From a virus, in the IMG/VR virus record IMGVR_UViG_3300045988_117195, positions 31,385-95,384 of that record: DNA of 64,000 bases. One strand, given 5' to 3'. Below, in pieces: positions 39,299-49,067 of this stretch (position 1 is its first letter; each line of letters begins with the position of its first letter). Made by a program: the position numbers and the translations under genes. The notes under the pieces are model-generated. The model saw nothing but the letters and a program-made list of their open reading frames with translations, was not told where the DNA came from and searched no databases.

Positions 39299-40614
39299 AT
39301 TACGAATCTTTTAGACATTTCCTCTGCAATATCATATACAACCGTATGATCTTCTTCATTGTACGGCTTATTGATATTCAACACTCCTTTTCTCACTTTG
39401 AACTTCTTATCTTTTCTAAGGTGATTCAACATACCTTGTTGGAACACACAGTCCGCCTTTTCAAGTGCCACACTGTTTTCTGTCCATTCTTTCAGCGTAT
39501 ATCCTTTACTGCTCGTGCTTTTTGGAGAAAAGTTCATAATACGTGCATCAATGCCATACCATGCTTTAACCATTCTTCTTTCAGCTTCCAATTGGAATGC
39601 ATATGATTCCCATATTCCTCCCGATTTAAAGTCAAGAATGACCACTTCTTCTTTTTCCACTTCTCTTACTTCCTTCTTCGGATCACCTTTTTTGAACTGT
39701 CCGGTAGCCCTTTGATATACGGCTCCAAAATAACCTTCTTCTTTGTATTTGAATGTCATTTTAACCATCGCATCAATAGGTGTTGCTACAAGGTAATCCT
39801 CTAAAGAAAGGATTCTTTCTATCATCATCGGTTTCACCTTGTAATCAGAACAGAATTTGGCAAACTTCATGACCCTGACAATCATATCGTCAAGATCATC
39901 TATGCTATTAAAGAACCGATCAAGATTTTTCTTAGATATCTTCAGCTTGCCTTCTTGCACTGTCTTAACTACAAAGCTTCGATTTAAGACCATATCTCTA
40001 CCTGTTAGGTACAATCCGTATAAGTAGTGCATGATCGTTCCCTTATCGGCTTCATACTGCGCTACCTCTTCTGGATTGCGACCAAGCATCTTCATCTCTT
40101 GCTTCCATTCCTGAAGTGCTGTCTTATCATCTACATACCCATCTTTGATTAAAGTTGTTACCGAAGCATATATCTTAGCCGTCCCATCATCCATCTTTCT
40201 TACATAAAAACGATTATCGTCTAATGTCAATCTTACGAATTTGGGTGTCTCAATCTTCTTCAACTCATCACAGATATAAAACGGCTCTAACGTTTCCTGG
40301 TTTTCTGTAAACGGATTCGAGTCTTCTTCTCCAGGGTTAGGAGCGGCTTCCTCCGCCGGAGCTTCCGGTTCCTCTCCCTGGACCGGCTCTGGCTCAGGCG
40401 CCGGCTCTTCAACTACTGGAACCTGTCCGCCTCTTTCTGCTATGTCTCTGTTCTTTATTAAAGACATAACCTCCTTCTTCAACTGCTCTGGTGTTTGGTT
40501 AGGATCTGATACTGACATCACAACGTCGTTCATTCTAAACAACGTATTTCCTTCTCCTTCCACCATAGGTACAAACCCTAAATCTATTAATATTTTAATC
40601 TTTTCTTCTATCAT
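39295..40614 (-). CDS. PD-(D/E)XK-family nuclease-like protein with Pro/Glu-rich linker (recombination exonuclease candidate)
   Basis: VVILDFKSGG (D-x-K) and YAFQLEAERRM motifs; PAPEPEPVQGEEPEAPAEE linker; ORF track start 40623 is TTG, ATG at 40614. Confidence 0.5.
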   Translation of the reverse strand: MIEEKIKILIDLGFVPMVEGEGNTLFRMNDVVMSVSDPNQTPEQLKKEVMSLIKNRDIAERGGQVPVVEEPAPEPEPVQGEEPEAPAEEAAPNPGEEDSNPFTENQETLEPFYICDELKKIETPKFVRLTLDDNRFYVRKMDDGTAKIYASVTTLIKDGYVDDKTALQEWKQEMKMLGRNPEEVAQYEADKGTIMHYLYGLYLTGRDMVLNRSFVVKTVQEGKLKISKKNLDRFFNSIDDLDDMIVRVMKFAKFCSDYKVKPMMIERILSLEDYLVATPIDAMVKMTFKYKEEGYFGAVYQRATGQFKKGDPKKEVREVEKEEVVILDFKSGGIWESYAFQLEAERRMVKAWYGIDARIMNFSPKSTSSKGYTLKEWTENSVALEKADCVFQQGMLNHLRKDKKFKVRKGVLNINKPYNEEDHTVVYDIAEEMSKRFVI

Positions 40615-41113
40615 ACCTATCAATTATTTCAATAATCAACCTACCTCTTTCCTTGATCATTCCTCTGCTTTCCATATCCAGTACCTTCTTTACCGCATAC
40701 TTCCACACAAAAGGAAATTCTGTTTCAAGTTTATCAAATTCCATCCGGTCAAGATACATGTCGAATACCGTATGCTCCGATTCATGAAGGAAAACTATAT
40801 TATCCCTGCAAGTAGCAACCGACTTATATATCCTTTTCGGAAGTATGTGACAGACGTTACATACTGTAGGAAAATGAATAGCCTTACCGGTCATAGACAT
40901 CCGACTATTATTTAACTCTTCCAGCATAAGACGAAAAAACCCGGATAAATCCGGGTTCTCTAACTTTTTCTTCTTGCTGCTGCTTTTAATGGATGTAATT
41001 CTGTCTTTTTTCTTCGGAGTCAACTCTTTGCTCCTGCAAGCCTGGCATAAGCCATGACTTCTTATCATCACTTTTCGTCCGCATCTTTCGCAGACGTACA
41101 ATTTCTTTTCCAC
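40595..41113 (-). CDS. zinc-ribbon / HNH-like protein (NinG/Rap-like guess)
   Basis: N-terminal CERCG...CQAC; C-terminal CNVCH...CRDN..LHESEH. Confidence 0.4.
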   Translation of the reverse strand: MEKKLYVCERCGRKVMIRSHGLCQACRSKELTPKKKDRITSIKSSSKKKKLENPDLSGFFRLMLEELNNSRMSMTGKAIHFPTVCNVCHILPKRIYKSVATCRDNIVFLHESEHTVFDMYLDRMEFDKLETEFPFVWKYAVKKVLDMESRGMIKERGRLIIEIIDRYDRRKD

Positions 41114-41298
41114 TCTTTATATTTCAATACAAGTGATATAATTGAAAAGGATCCTGCCGTTAAAGATAACGTATATGGTAAGTTCATTAACCATCTCGGT
41201 ACTTCTTCGGTCTTAATCACTATCAGCAAAGTAGCACCTGCTACTACCAATAATACAATTGCCGTCGCAAGTGCTACACGGGAAACAACATCACTCAT
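41068..41298 (-). CDS. small two-helix membrane protein
   Basis: 76-aa ORF filling gap; two hydrophobic segments. Confidence 0.35.
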   Translation of the reverse strand: MSDVVSRVALATAIVLLVVAGATLLIVIKTEEVPRWLMNLPYTLSLTAGSFSIISLVLKYKEWKRNCTSAKDADEK

Positions 41299-41761
41299 CA
41301 GTTTTCTTTTCTCCCAATTTTTCTACACCTTTTTGCAGATCGTATTTAAATACTTCAATGATTTTCGTTTCTGCAATAGACTCGCAATTCCAGTCGCCCA
41401 ACGTACCTTGCATCCCCTTAGTCAACACAGCTTCGGCGTCTTTAGGATTGCCGGCCTGGACATACATATAGCATGGCGTTTTCTTTTCTTTACCTTTCTT
41501 TTCATCCAGTGTAATGTAATTCACCTTACACTTATACCAGTACTCAGCTTCTCCGTTGAAGAAGATTTCCGACACTTTAATAGGGTTAATTTTTACAACC
41601 TCGAAAGAATTGTACAAATCTTTAAAGATCTCCAACGATCTTGATTCTGCCTCTGTATAAGACAAGGCATCTACCAAATACTTTTCAGTTACTTTCTTTT
41701 TTTTGCCGTTCTCGATATTATCAATCTCGGCTTTTACCGTAATTTCAAACCAGCGATTCAT
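41291..41761 (-). CDS. hypothetical protein
   Basis: ORF in minus block. Confidence 0.5.
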   Translation of the reverse strand: MNRWFEITVKAEIDNIENGKKKKVTEKYLVDALSYTEAESRSLEIFKDLYNSFEVVKINPIKVSEIFFNGEAEYWYKCKVNYITLDEKKGKEKKTPCYMYVQAGNPKDAEAVLTKGMQGTLGDWNCESIAETKIIEVFKYDLQKGVEKLGEKKTDE

Positions 41762-41772
41762 TGTATTAATAT

Positions 41773-42027
41773 TTAATTAGTTGATTTCTTTCCTTTCTCT
41801 ATACTGTTTTTAAATCTTTCAGAACACCACTGCAAAACGTCCATCATCATCATCTCATTGTTGGATAAGATACCTTTTATAACTAACGCCAATTGATGCT
41901 GTGACATTCTTTGACTCATATCAAATCTTCTTTCCTCTTCATTTACTATCGTAGCCACGAAATACTTACACCCCTCTAAGTGCGTCAGGGCTTCAATCAT
42001 AGCTTCTTTTATCTCTTTTTCTTCCAT
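41773..42027 (-). CDS. hypothetical protein
   Basis: ORF in minus block. Confidence 0.45.
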   Translation of the reverse strand: MEEKEIKEAMIEALTHLEGCKYFVATIVNEEERRFDMSQRMSQHQLALVIKGILSNNEMMMMDVLQWCSERFKNSIEKGKKSTN

Positions 42028-42102
42028 TCTGTTTGTTTTTTTTTGGACAAAGATATGTCTTTTGATAATAAAAAAGATTCAAAATGATTTAATTTAGCTT
42101 AA

Positions 42103-42771
42103 TTACTGCTCTTTTGATTCGTCCGGTATAGGCATGTCAAACTTTTTTCTGATAAACGACTCTGTTTCTTCATTGAATGGATAGGCCTCCTTAATAAAAT
42201 TCATAGCTACCTCCATATCACCGTCTGCTATATCTTTATACCTTTCAAAGATACCAACCAGGTCATTGTTATATGAACGCTCTTGTTTTATGTTGTACAC
42301 GTATTTCAACACCCTGTCTTTAATTTCATTGGCTTTTTTCACAGTATCATTGAAGGAATTTATACTTTCCAATTCTGGATCTTTGTTTTCCTTGTTTACC
42401 TTATCAAACTCTTCCTTGCTATATCCTGCTTCTCCTGTAATGGCTGGGCAAACACTTCCATTTATGATCCAAAACTGTTCATACGATCCTATCAGAAACT
42501 TTGATTCCATTTTAAATGCATTATATTTAACAAGCAAATTAGCCACCTCAGTTGCACCTTCTACGGTTCTAAAACCGATGCCGATATCTTTTAACATAAA
42601 TACCGGAACTCCAGTTCTTGGATACACGACTTCTTTTTTGTTCTTTATATTCCAGTTTTTAGCTTCAATTGGAATACCTTTACCAGCAAGCTCTTTGTCT
42701 ATATACAGATATATCTCTTTGCATGTCAATGACACAATCTCATCTCTGCTTAAATCAAAAACTGTTTTCAT
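42103..42771 (-). CDS. hypothetical protein
   Basis: ORF in minus block. Confidence 0.5.
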   Translation of the reverse strand: MKTVFDLSRDEIVSLTCKEIYLYIDKELAGKGIPIEAKNWNIKNKKEVVYPRTGVPVFMLKDIGIGFRTVEGATEVANLLVKYNAFKMESKFLIGSYEQFWIINGSVCPAITGEAGYSKEEFDKVNKENKDPELESINSFNDTVKKANEIKDRVLKYVYNIKQERSYNNDLVGIFERYKDIADGDMEVAMNFIKEAYPFNEETESFIRKKFDMPIPDESKEQ

Positions 42772-42971
42772 TTCTTTTTATTTATTAAATTAAACAACTT
42801 ACTTCTTTGTTCAGGCTCCGTATATTCCACCCATATATCGGCCGCCACATTTCTAAGAAATTCCATAAAGTCTTGATGATCTCTGTATTCAGTAGAATCA
42901 ACTTTTCTCACAAAACTTAGAATTTCCTTTAACATCTTATTGTTTTCTTCAAGAAGTTCTCTGTCGGTCAT
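42768..42971 (-). CDS. hypothetical protein
   Basis: ORF in minus block. Confidence 0.45.
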   Translation of the reverse strand: MTDRELLEENNKMLKEILSFVRKVDSTEYRDHQDFMEFLRNVAADIWVEYTEPEQRSKLFNLINKKK

Positions 42972-43091
42972 AACCTTTCATATTTTCTTCTTAAGTCTTT
43001 ACCTGCCCAGATATCATGATCTTTTTCTTGTTCTTGATAAATCTTTGCTGCTTTTTCAATATCTTCTCTTTTCATAATTTTATACTTTAAT

Positions 43092-43340
43092 CTAACCTCC
43101 AATAAAATCATCGGGAGTTATATATCCTACTGATTCCATACGGTCTATAATCTCATTCGCATTCATTTCTGAACCGTTCCATTCAAGTATGATTTCATTT
43201 CCTGAAGCCATGCTCAAATTAGGCTCATTATCTCTAAATCCTGAGAAAGCAAGATGTTCCCAAATGGATTGCAGTGCAAGGTCCGCTTCGTTTTGTTTGT
43301 TTTCTGCTTTCTTTATGGCATTTCTTAATTTTTTATTCAT
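43092..43340 (-). CDS. hypothetical protein (internal start MNKKLRN chosen to avoid overlap)
   Basis: ORF 43092-43427 trimmed to ATG at 43340 adjacent to upstream stop. Confidence 0.4.
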   Translation of the reverse strand: MNKKLRNAIKKAENKQNEADLALQSIWEHLAFSGFRDNEPNLSMASGNEIILEWNGSEMNANEIIDRMESVGYITPDDFIGG

Positions 43341-43342
43341 TA

Positions 43343-43594
43343 TCACCCCCTTTCTTCTTCGCATGGGAGCAAGTCCTCGATGTATGCCCAGCGCATATAA
43401 TGATCCTTTTCTGAAAGTTCTTCCCATGGCTTGCTCTTGGTTGAATAGACCAAATCATAAGCACCGTCAATATCCTCCACAATGAGCAGCTTCCCTTTGT
43501 CTGGCTTTTCTCTTGCATCGTGCCACACGCTGTTAATGCGCCATTCTGCACCAGCTTTAAAAAGAGGAACAGCATATTCTATATCTTGTTTCAT
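43343..43594 (-). CDS. hypothetical protein
   Basis: ORF in minus block. Confidence 0.45.
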   Translation of the reverse strand: MKQDIEYAVPLFKAGAEWRINSVWHDAREKPDKGKLLIVEDIDGAYDLVYSTKSKPWEELSEKDHYMRWAYIEDLLPCEEERG

Positions 43595-43638
43595 GTCTTA
43601 TTATTGTTTAATTAATTTAAATATTTTTAGTTTTGAAA

Positions 43639-43884
43639 TTATTTAATATGCTTATCGGCTGGATTGATTATCAATCCATCGTCACATGAAGGGAATGATA
43701 TGTTAGATTCTCCATTATCAAGATTAGTCAGTTTAACCGTTCCAGCATATTCATCATCCACAAAAAACAATTGACCCGAAAAAACCACAAACCTGCATTG
43801 ATATGCATTCATCATTGCTCCAAGTTGTCTAATCTTAGTTTTAATCTCTAAAAGTTGAGCGTTGTTGATTATATTCTTATTCAT
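43639..43884 (-). CDS. hypothetical protein
   Basis: ORF in minus block. Confidence 0.4.
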   Translation of the reverse strand: MNKNIINNAQLLEIKTKIRQLGAMMNAYQCRFVVFSGQLFFVDDEYAGTVKLTNLDNGESNISFPSCDDGLIINPADKHIK

Positions 43885-44037
43885 ATTTTATTAAAGTTTA
43901 TCTATTATTTTGTTACCCATTTCCTGCCATTCATCACTCACGCTTATAACCAATCCTATGACAGTGAATGATAATAACAACGTAAAAATAAGCCATAACA
44001 GAAAGCAGATAAAAACACATACATACCTCATGATTTT

Positions 44038-44784
44038 TTAGTTGTTAGATAAAAGCAAAATCGGTTCATTTGACTCCGCAATTGCTTTTATTTGTTCTGG
44101 ATTGATAAAACTCTTGACTTGTTCACTTATCTCACAAATAGATTTGATCATATCAACGAATAATTTTGAGGTGCATTCGTTGCATTCCACTTCCATTACC
44201 GGCTTATATCGATTGTATGATATGCATGTTACATAATTCAGCCAGTGCGCATAAGTTCCTTTTTCTGTATTTACCCTGCCGTATTCTACTTTTGTCTCTC
44301 CATTACCATATTCAATTACTCTTTTTAGAAATGGTTTTGCATAAACACTAAAACCGAAAGGTTGGGTGTTTAAGGCATCTAAACGGGAAGTTCCATCCCT
44401 CCATTTTCCATTCTCATCATTTCCTGTCCATTCCTTAGAGGGGTTAGGGACAATATTTCCGTTTTTGTCATAGGAAAACATGCAATTCGTTTCCAGTTGA
44501 TACTTAATAACAGGCACTTCTTCTACTATTTTATAACTTAAACATCTCTTCAGAACTTCCCTGATTTGACTTTCCAAATCAGAAAGTGCTATACTATTGA
44601 AATATCCTTCGTTGCCTAATCTGTTTGTAGGTAATTTGATCCCATAAGAATGAATCTTATCCACATCTTCTTTTGACAAGGTAGTGGTAAACACTCCTTC
44701 TTTGGTGACATTCACTTTAACAGTTACGGACAAACTGTTATTAGCGTTCTTTTCCGTTATATTTAGTGTTGTTAATGCTGCCAT
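44038..44784 (-). CDS. hypothetical protein
   Basis: ORF in minus block. Confidence 0.5.
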   Translation of the reverse strand: MAALTTLNITEKNANNSLSVTVKVNVTKEGVFTTTLSKEDVDKIHSYGIKLPTNRLGNEGYFNSIALSDLESQIREVLKRCLSYKIVEEVPVIKYQLETNCMFSYDKNGNIVPNPSKEWTGNDENGKWRDGTSRLDALNTQPFGFSVYAKPFLKRVIEYGNGETKVEYGRVNTEKGTYAHWLNYVTCISYNRYKPVMEVECNECTSKLFVDMIKSICEISEQVKSFINPEQIKAIAESNEPILLLSNN

Positions 44785-44802
44785 AATCAGATCTTTTTAA
44801 AA

Positions 44803-45054
44803 TCAATTCGAATAAATATAATACATTCCTGCTTCATATACCCTATGTACATCAGGGTCATTCTTGTCTTCCGGTTCCAATTCACTCTCTTCAAGAGTAT
44901 AATCCCATTCAGAGTTGTAGTACATATTCTCATTTGTTTTCTCCAAGGAGCAATCTTTCATCAAATTCAGATATTCTCCCCAAACTGCAACTTCCTGCTG
45001 TTGCTCTTCTTCTGTCATAAGAGATATTTTGTCTTTCAATTCTTTCCAGGTCAT
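44803..45054 (-). CDS. hypothetical acidic protein
   Basis: ORF in minus block. Confidence 0.45.
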   Translation of the reverse strand: MTWKELKDKISLMTEEEQQQEVAVWGEYLNLMKDCSLEKTNENMYYNSEWDYTLEESELEPEDKNDPDVHRVYEAGMYYIYSN

Positions 45055-45083
45055 AGCTTGATTTATAAAAGGTGATTACTAAT

Positions 45084-45467
45084 TTATTCCACATCAAAAA
45101 GTTGATCCAATATCAATAATTCTGCATTCATATCTTCATCTTTTTGGAAACGAACTTTTATGTTCCCGAACTTAGATGTCTTAAACAAGATGTAGGGGTT
45201 CATATCCTCGGCAGTTACCGGCTTATATTCCTTAACCTCCGACATCTTGAGATACCAGTCACCTATTTTCACAAATCCGGAGAAGACAGAACATAGATGC
45301 GCTTTCACGGACAGTATTTCCCTTTTATCTTTAAATGGTATAATTTCCTCCTTCCCTCTTATCCTGATTGATAGGAAAGGACGAATGTTATCTGTTTCAT
45401 TTTGAAACTTAAAGCCTGTTATAGCTTGCTTGGGAATCCTTCTCCCCATTAATATAAAATAGCTCAT
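45084..45467 (-). CDS. hypothetical protein
   Basis: ORF in minus block. Confidence 0.45.
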   Translation of the reverse strand: MSYFILMGRRIPKQAITGFKFQNETDNIRPFLSIRIRGKEEIIPFKDKREILSVKAHLCSVFSGFVKIGDWYLKMSEVKEYKPVTAEDMNPYILFKTSKFGNIKVRFQKDEDMNAELLILDQLFDVE

Positions 45468-45469
45468 TG

Positions 45470-45778
45470 TTATAAGTGATTTTGTTTTATATCAGGTAAG
45501 TAATTTGTAATAACATCAAGTGATATCCATAACTCTGGCTCTATGCTGTTTTTTATTCTATCACTGAAAAGAGAATTATCATCACAATCACAATGAGAGA
45601 TTGTGATATAACAATCTTGATAATCCCACCAATGAGCCGATTTAAAATCGTCTCCTCCATTCCAAAACCCTATTCTTATACCTCTTGGGTTGAAATCTTC
45701 ATCTATCCAACTTGGGTGATAAGCCAACACTTCTTCTCCCTCTGAAGGTTTTTCCTCTTTGAATTTCTTCCAGTTCAT
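45470..45778 (-). CDS. hypothetical protein
   Basis: ORF in minus block. Confidence 0.45.
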   Translation of the reverse strand: MNWKKFKEEKPSEGEEVLAYHPSWIDEDFNPRGIRIGFWNGGDDFKSAHWWDYQDCYITISHCDCDDNSLFSDRIKNSIEPELWISLDVITNYLPDIKQNHL

Positions 45779-45878
45779 CTCACCTTTAATTAATTAGACA
45801 CAAATATACAAGTTTTACTAAGATGCCCTTCTGTCATCTCTTTGACATACTCCCACACCTAAAGTTCGCGGTAGTATG

Positions 45879-46112
45879 TCAATCTATTGATTTCTTCCTA
45901 ATCTTTTTAATCTTTGTTGGTCTTGACAATCGATAATCCTTTTCTATCGGCCTATCGAATACGTCATTCCTATATCCTTTATATCCTTTCTCGTAAATAC
46001 TAACCCTTGCACAAAACTCAACCACATCGCCTGGTAATAAATCGGCGCTTTCGAATCCTTTTGTCAAATCAAACCACAAATGATCTGTTACTATTTTGCC
46101 ATCGAGTAACAC
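45879..46112 (-). CDS. hypothetical protein
   Basis: ORF in minus block. Confidence 0.4.
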   Translation of the reverse strand: MLLDGKIVTDHLWFDLTKGFESADLLPGDVVEFCARVSIYEKGYKGYRNDVFDRPIEKDYRLSRPTKIKKIRKKSID

Positions 46113-46238
46113 GTCTTGTAAAAGTATTGTCTTTACAGGTCCTTTATACCCATCCCTGAATCAAAAACGAATGAATGTCGCTGTAAATACGTGCCGATCT
46201 CTTGATCCTATTATTTTCAGTTCTTTTCTCATTCTCTT

Positions 46239-47051
46239 TCATTTATTTGTTTCACTTATGAAATTGACAACATCCTTTAGATATCCTTCTGTCATCTCTA
46301 TGAAATTCACACAATCTAATTTGCTTAACTTGTAAATCAATGCCGGATTGTGTACTATGGCTATAATTTGCGTTTGTAGTTTATGGAATGACAATACATT
46401 ATAAATTTGCATTATATTGTCAATGTCAAGATTCCTGTCTGGCTCATCCATGAGAACCGTGTATTCAAAACTGCTTTCTGCTAATGTTATGCGGTTTCTT
46501 TTATAATACTTCAACAGACTATCAATCCTTTTAATCCAAAACGCATTTGATTTTTTCTTGTATTCTACAAGATCTTGTATTGGAAACGTATAATCCTTTT
46601 GACCGAACATTAAATTGAAAAGTGATTCCAATGATAACACCACTTTCTCTCCATAAGATCTTCGAATATTATTCACATACAAATCTAAGTTGCTGATGTT
46701 TTTCAATACGCTATCTCGATTTATCTCCGCCGATGGCAATAAACGGAATACTTTCCCTGCATAATCGGATGATATGTCAATCCCATCAAGAACCTTGTCA
46801 TCATCATCATCATCAAATATAGGTGGAAAATCCAGTGCCTCGATCGGTATTTCAGAGCACATGGATTTCTCACATAACGCATACATTGATATGATGTTAA
46901 GCAAGGTTGATTTTCCACTACCGTTTTTACCTACAATCACATTCACTCCTGGCTTGAAAATAAATTCTCTGCCATTTTCAAACGCTTCTATGTCAGAAAC
47001 ATATTCAAATGGAGTTTTCGTATTGTCTTTTATTTTTACTGATGTTATCAT
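46239..47051 (-). CDS. ABC-type ATPase (AAA_21/OLD-like stand-alone ATPase)
   Basis: Walker A VGKNGSGKSTLLNI, signature-like SYGEK, Walker B TVLMDEPDRNLD, H-loop IAIVHNP. Confidence 0.7.
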   Translation of the reverse strand: MITSVKIKDNTKTPFEYVSDIEAFENGREFIFKPGVNVIVGKNGSGKSTLLNIISMYALCEKSMCSEIPIEALDFPPIFDDDDDDKVLDGIDISSDYAGKVFRLLPSAEINRDSVLKNISNLDLYVNNIRRSYGEKVVLSLESLFNLMFGQKDYTFPIQDLVEYKKKSNAFWIKRIDSLLKYYKRNRITLAESSFEYTVLMDEPDRNLDIDNIMQIYNVLSFHKLQTQIIAIVHNPALIYKLSKLDCVNFIEMTEGYLKDVVNFISETNK

Positions 47052-47062
47052 TGTAATCCTTT

Positions 47063-47917
47063 TTAAAAATCAATTACCGTCCGAACCATGTCTCCGATGT
47101 GCTTGTTGCCAGTGCCCGTGAGGCCACTGGAGAAGACCACGTACCACGCGACGGCCTGGCTGCTCTCAGTACTGGACCAATACCACGTCGAGGAGAGGGG
47201 AGATGCCGAAACATAAGTGAATGCTTTGTTTAGTTCGTCCATATTATGGGCCATTAAATTTAATTGACCAAGAGATGGTATATACTCGCCATCTTCCAGC
47301 AGATTTCTCAATTTTGGATTTCTGGCTACAAGGCGTTCCGTATTGCCGCGTCCGTCAATGTCAAACAGCGCATCACATTCACGTTCATAATATGTCCCAC
47401 TTCCGGATTCTTCACGGCTATCATCGTCAAGCAATTGTACGATATCATGCTCCGTCAGTGAGATTGCAAATGACATGTATCTGTGCTTCAACCCGATGTA
47501 TCGTACACAATCTTTGGAGTTATCGCCGGTAAACGGCTCTGCATGTCCGTCTTTGTAGATTATATACAGTCCGTCAGTTGACTCTTTCTTATCCTCTTCG
47601 GATGGTACTCTGTTTTCACATGTACATTTCTCACTTTTGGATCTTACGATTATATTCAACTCATTTAATACATGATCCCTGATGACGCTCTCGCACGCTT
47701 TTCTTACAAAATCATGATCTCTTCGTTTGAGTTCATCATTCACCATGCATCTGATCCAGTTTTCTATCTGGTTGTCACCTCCATATGTATTAACCATGTA
47801 CCGTTTTACGTGTTTCTCCAATAACGGCTCTATGTTTTTGATTATATCTTCTTTGGTAAGGTGAAGTTCATTTAATATACAGTTCCTTACTGCCTTGCAT
47901 TCTTTACTTGTGCTCAT
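47063..47917 (-). CDS. protein with C-terminal DUF1566 (Lcl C-terminal-like) domain; 3' end of gene is a GC-rich patch
   Basis: C-terminus IPSLGQLNLM...WYWSSTESSQAVAWYVVFSSG matches DUF1566 pattern; 47063-47200 far more GC-rich than surroundings. Confidence 0.5.
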   Translation of the reverse strand: MSTSKECKAVRNCILNELHLTKEDIIKNIEPLLEKHVKRYMVNTYGGDNQIENWIRCMVNDELKRRDHDFVRKACESVIRDHVLNELNIIVRSKSEKCTCENRVPSEEDKKESTDGLYIIYKDGHAEPFTGDNSKDCVRYIGLKHRYMSFAISLTEHDIVQLLDDDSREESGSGTYYERECDALFDIDGRGNTERLVARNPKLRNLLEDGEYIPSLGQLNLMAHNMDELNKAFTYVSASPLSSTWYWSSTESSQAVAWYVVFSSGLTGTGNKHIGDMVRTVIDF

Positions 47918-47928
47918 GATATGCCCAT

Positions 47929-48396
47929 TTAATACTGTGAATCATATTTTCTTTCTCTCCCGCTGTCTTCCCCTATAGGATTATCCCATCCGTATTTTAC
48001 AGCCGTAGCTTTAAATAGAGGTAGCCCGTAAAATCCATAATCATCCTCATCCCAGTCTTCAAGACCTTCTTCCAGGATGTAGTTCCACATCATCACACAT
48101 TCAAACATTAAACTGGCTGATATCCCTCTCTGATTTAATGCCTTTTCAAAACCGAATCTTACATCTTCTTCAAGCTGTTTCAAAACATTCTCCCTGGTAA
48201 ATTCAACTACAGTACTGTTCCACCTTTCTTCGTTATTGTATTCTTCGTTCGGCTCCATACCGAAATCCTTTATCATGTTATATGGGATAAATTTAGCCAG
48301 TCTGTTAAAATCTCTACCGTCTAAACATTTTGATGCTAATTCTTTAAGTTGTTCTAATGTTTTCATAAGCAATTTTGTTTTATAGGTTAATCCCAT
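47929..48396 (-). CDS. hypothetical protein, overlaps NTase gene by 10 nt (possible partner)
   Basis: ORF in minus block. Confidence 0.45.
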   Translation of the reverse strand: MGLTYKTKLLMKTLEQLKELASKCLDGRDFNRLAKFIPYNMIKDFGMEPNEEYNNEERWNSTVVEFTRENVLKQLEEDVRFGFEKALNQRGISASLMFECVMMWNYILEEGLEDWDEDDYGFYGLPLFKATAVKYGWDNPIGEDSGRERKYDSQY

Positions 48397-49049
48397 CCTC
48401 CAGTAGTGTACAAAGATACATCTTCCTCCTCTACGTTTACACCTTTAATAGCCTGTAGAAGTTTTTTCTTTGTCTCCCGGCACATATTGTAACCATATCC
48501 TTTATACCGATATGAGCGCTCCCATGTACTTACTGGAAAAGGGATATTTTCGTCAATAACCAGCCTCTTCATATGAAGATGTTCGAAGAATTTCTCATGA
48601 TAGAGTAGTTTGTACTCGTATGCTACTATACTTGCAGATGAGAATGGAAAATAATCATCTTCTTTTTCTTCGTATTTGGGCTCCTTATAGTAAGCCATTT
48701 TTGTCACAGTAAAATCGAAGCTCCTAAGAATCTCTTTCGGCTTTCCAAACTCTGACTCTATGAACTCTATCCATACCTTTTCTCCCTCTTTCTGGAACGC
48801 ACATACCTTCTCATTTCTGTACTTAAATTTCCATCCTTCTTTCTGATGTTTTTCATCATTGAACGAATCAATAGCCTCCTGAAAATCGCTTTCACTTTCA
48901 AAGAAAATATCAATGTCTTTTACTCTTTCTCCGGAAAGGATATTTTTAAAACATCCACCAGCTATGAATCCTTTGTGGCCTTCCATATACTTGTCAAGCC
49001 ATCTTATTTGCCAGAAATTATCTGGAGTATCTATTACAAAATTATTCAT
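48387..49049 (-). CDS. Pol-beta-superfamily nucleotidyltransferase, CCA-adding/poly(A)-polymerase head-domain-like
   Basis: GFIAGGCFKNILSGERVKDIDIFF aligns with class II CCA-adding motif GGAVRDLLLGRPVKDIDI (GG-x10-DxD). Confidence 0.6.
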   Translation of the reverse strand: MNNFVIDTPDNFWQIRWLDKYMEGHKGFIAGGCFKNILSGERVKDIDIFFESESDFQEAIDSFNDEKHQKEGWKFKYRNEKVCAFQKEGEKVWIEFIESEFGKPKEILRSFDFTVTKMAYYKEPKYEEKEDDYFPFSSASIVAYEYKLLYHEKFFEHLHMKRLVIDENIPFPVSTWERSYRYKGYGYNMCRETKKKLLQAIKGVNVEEEDVSLYTTGGWD

Positions 49050-49067
49050 ATTGTTTATGTTTTGCCG

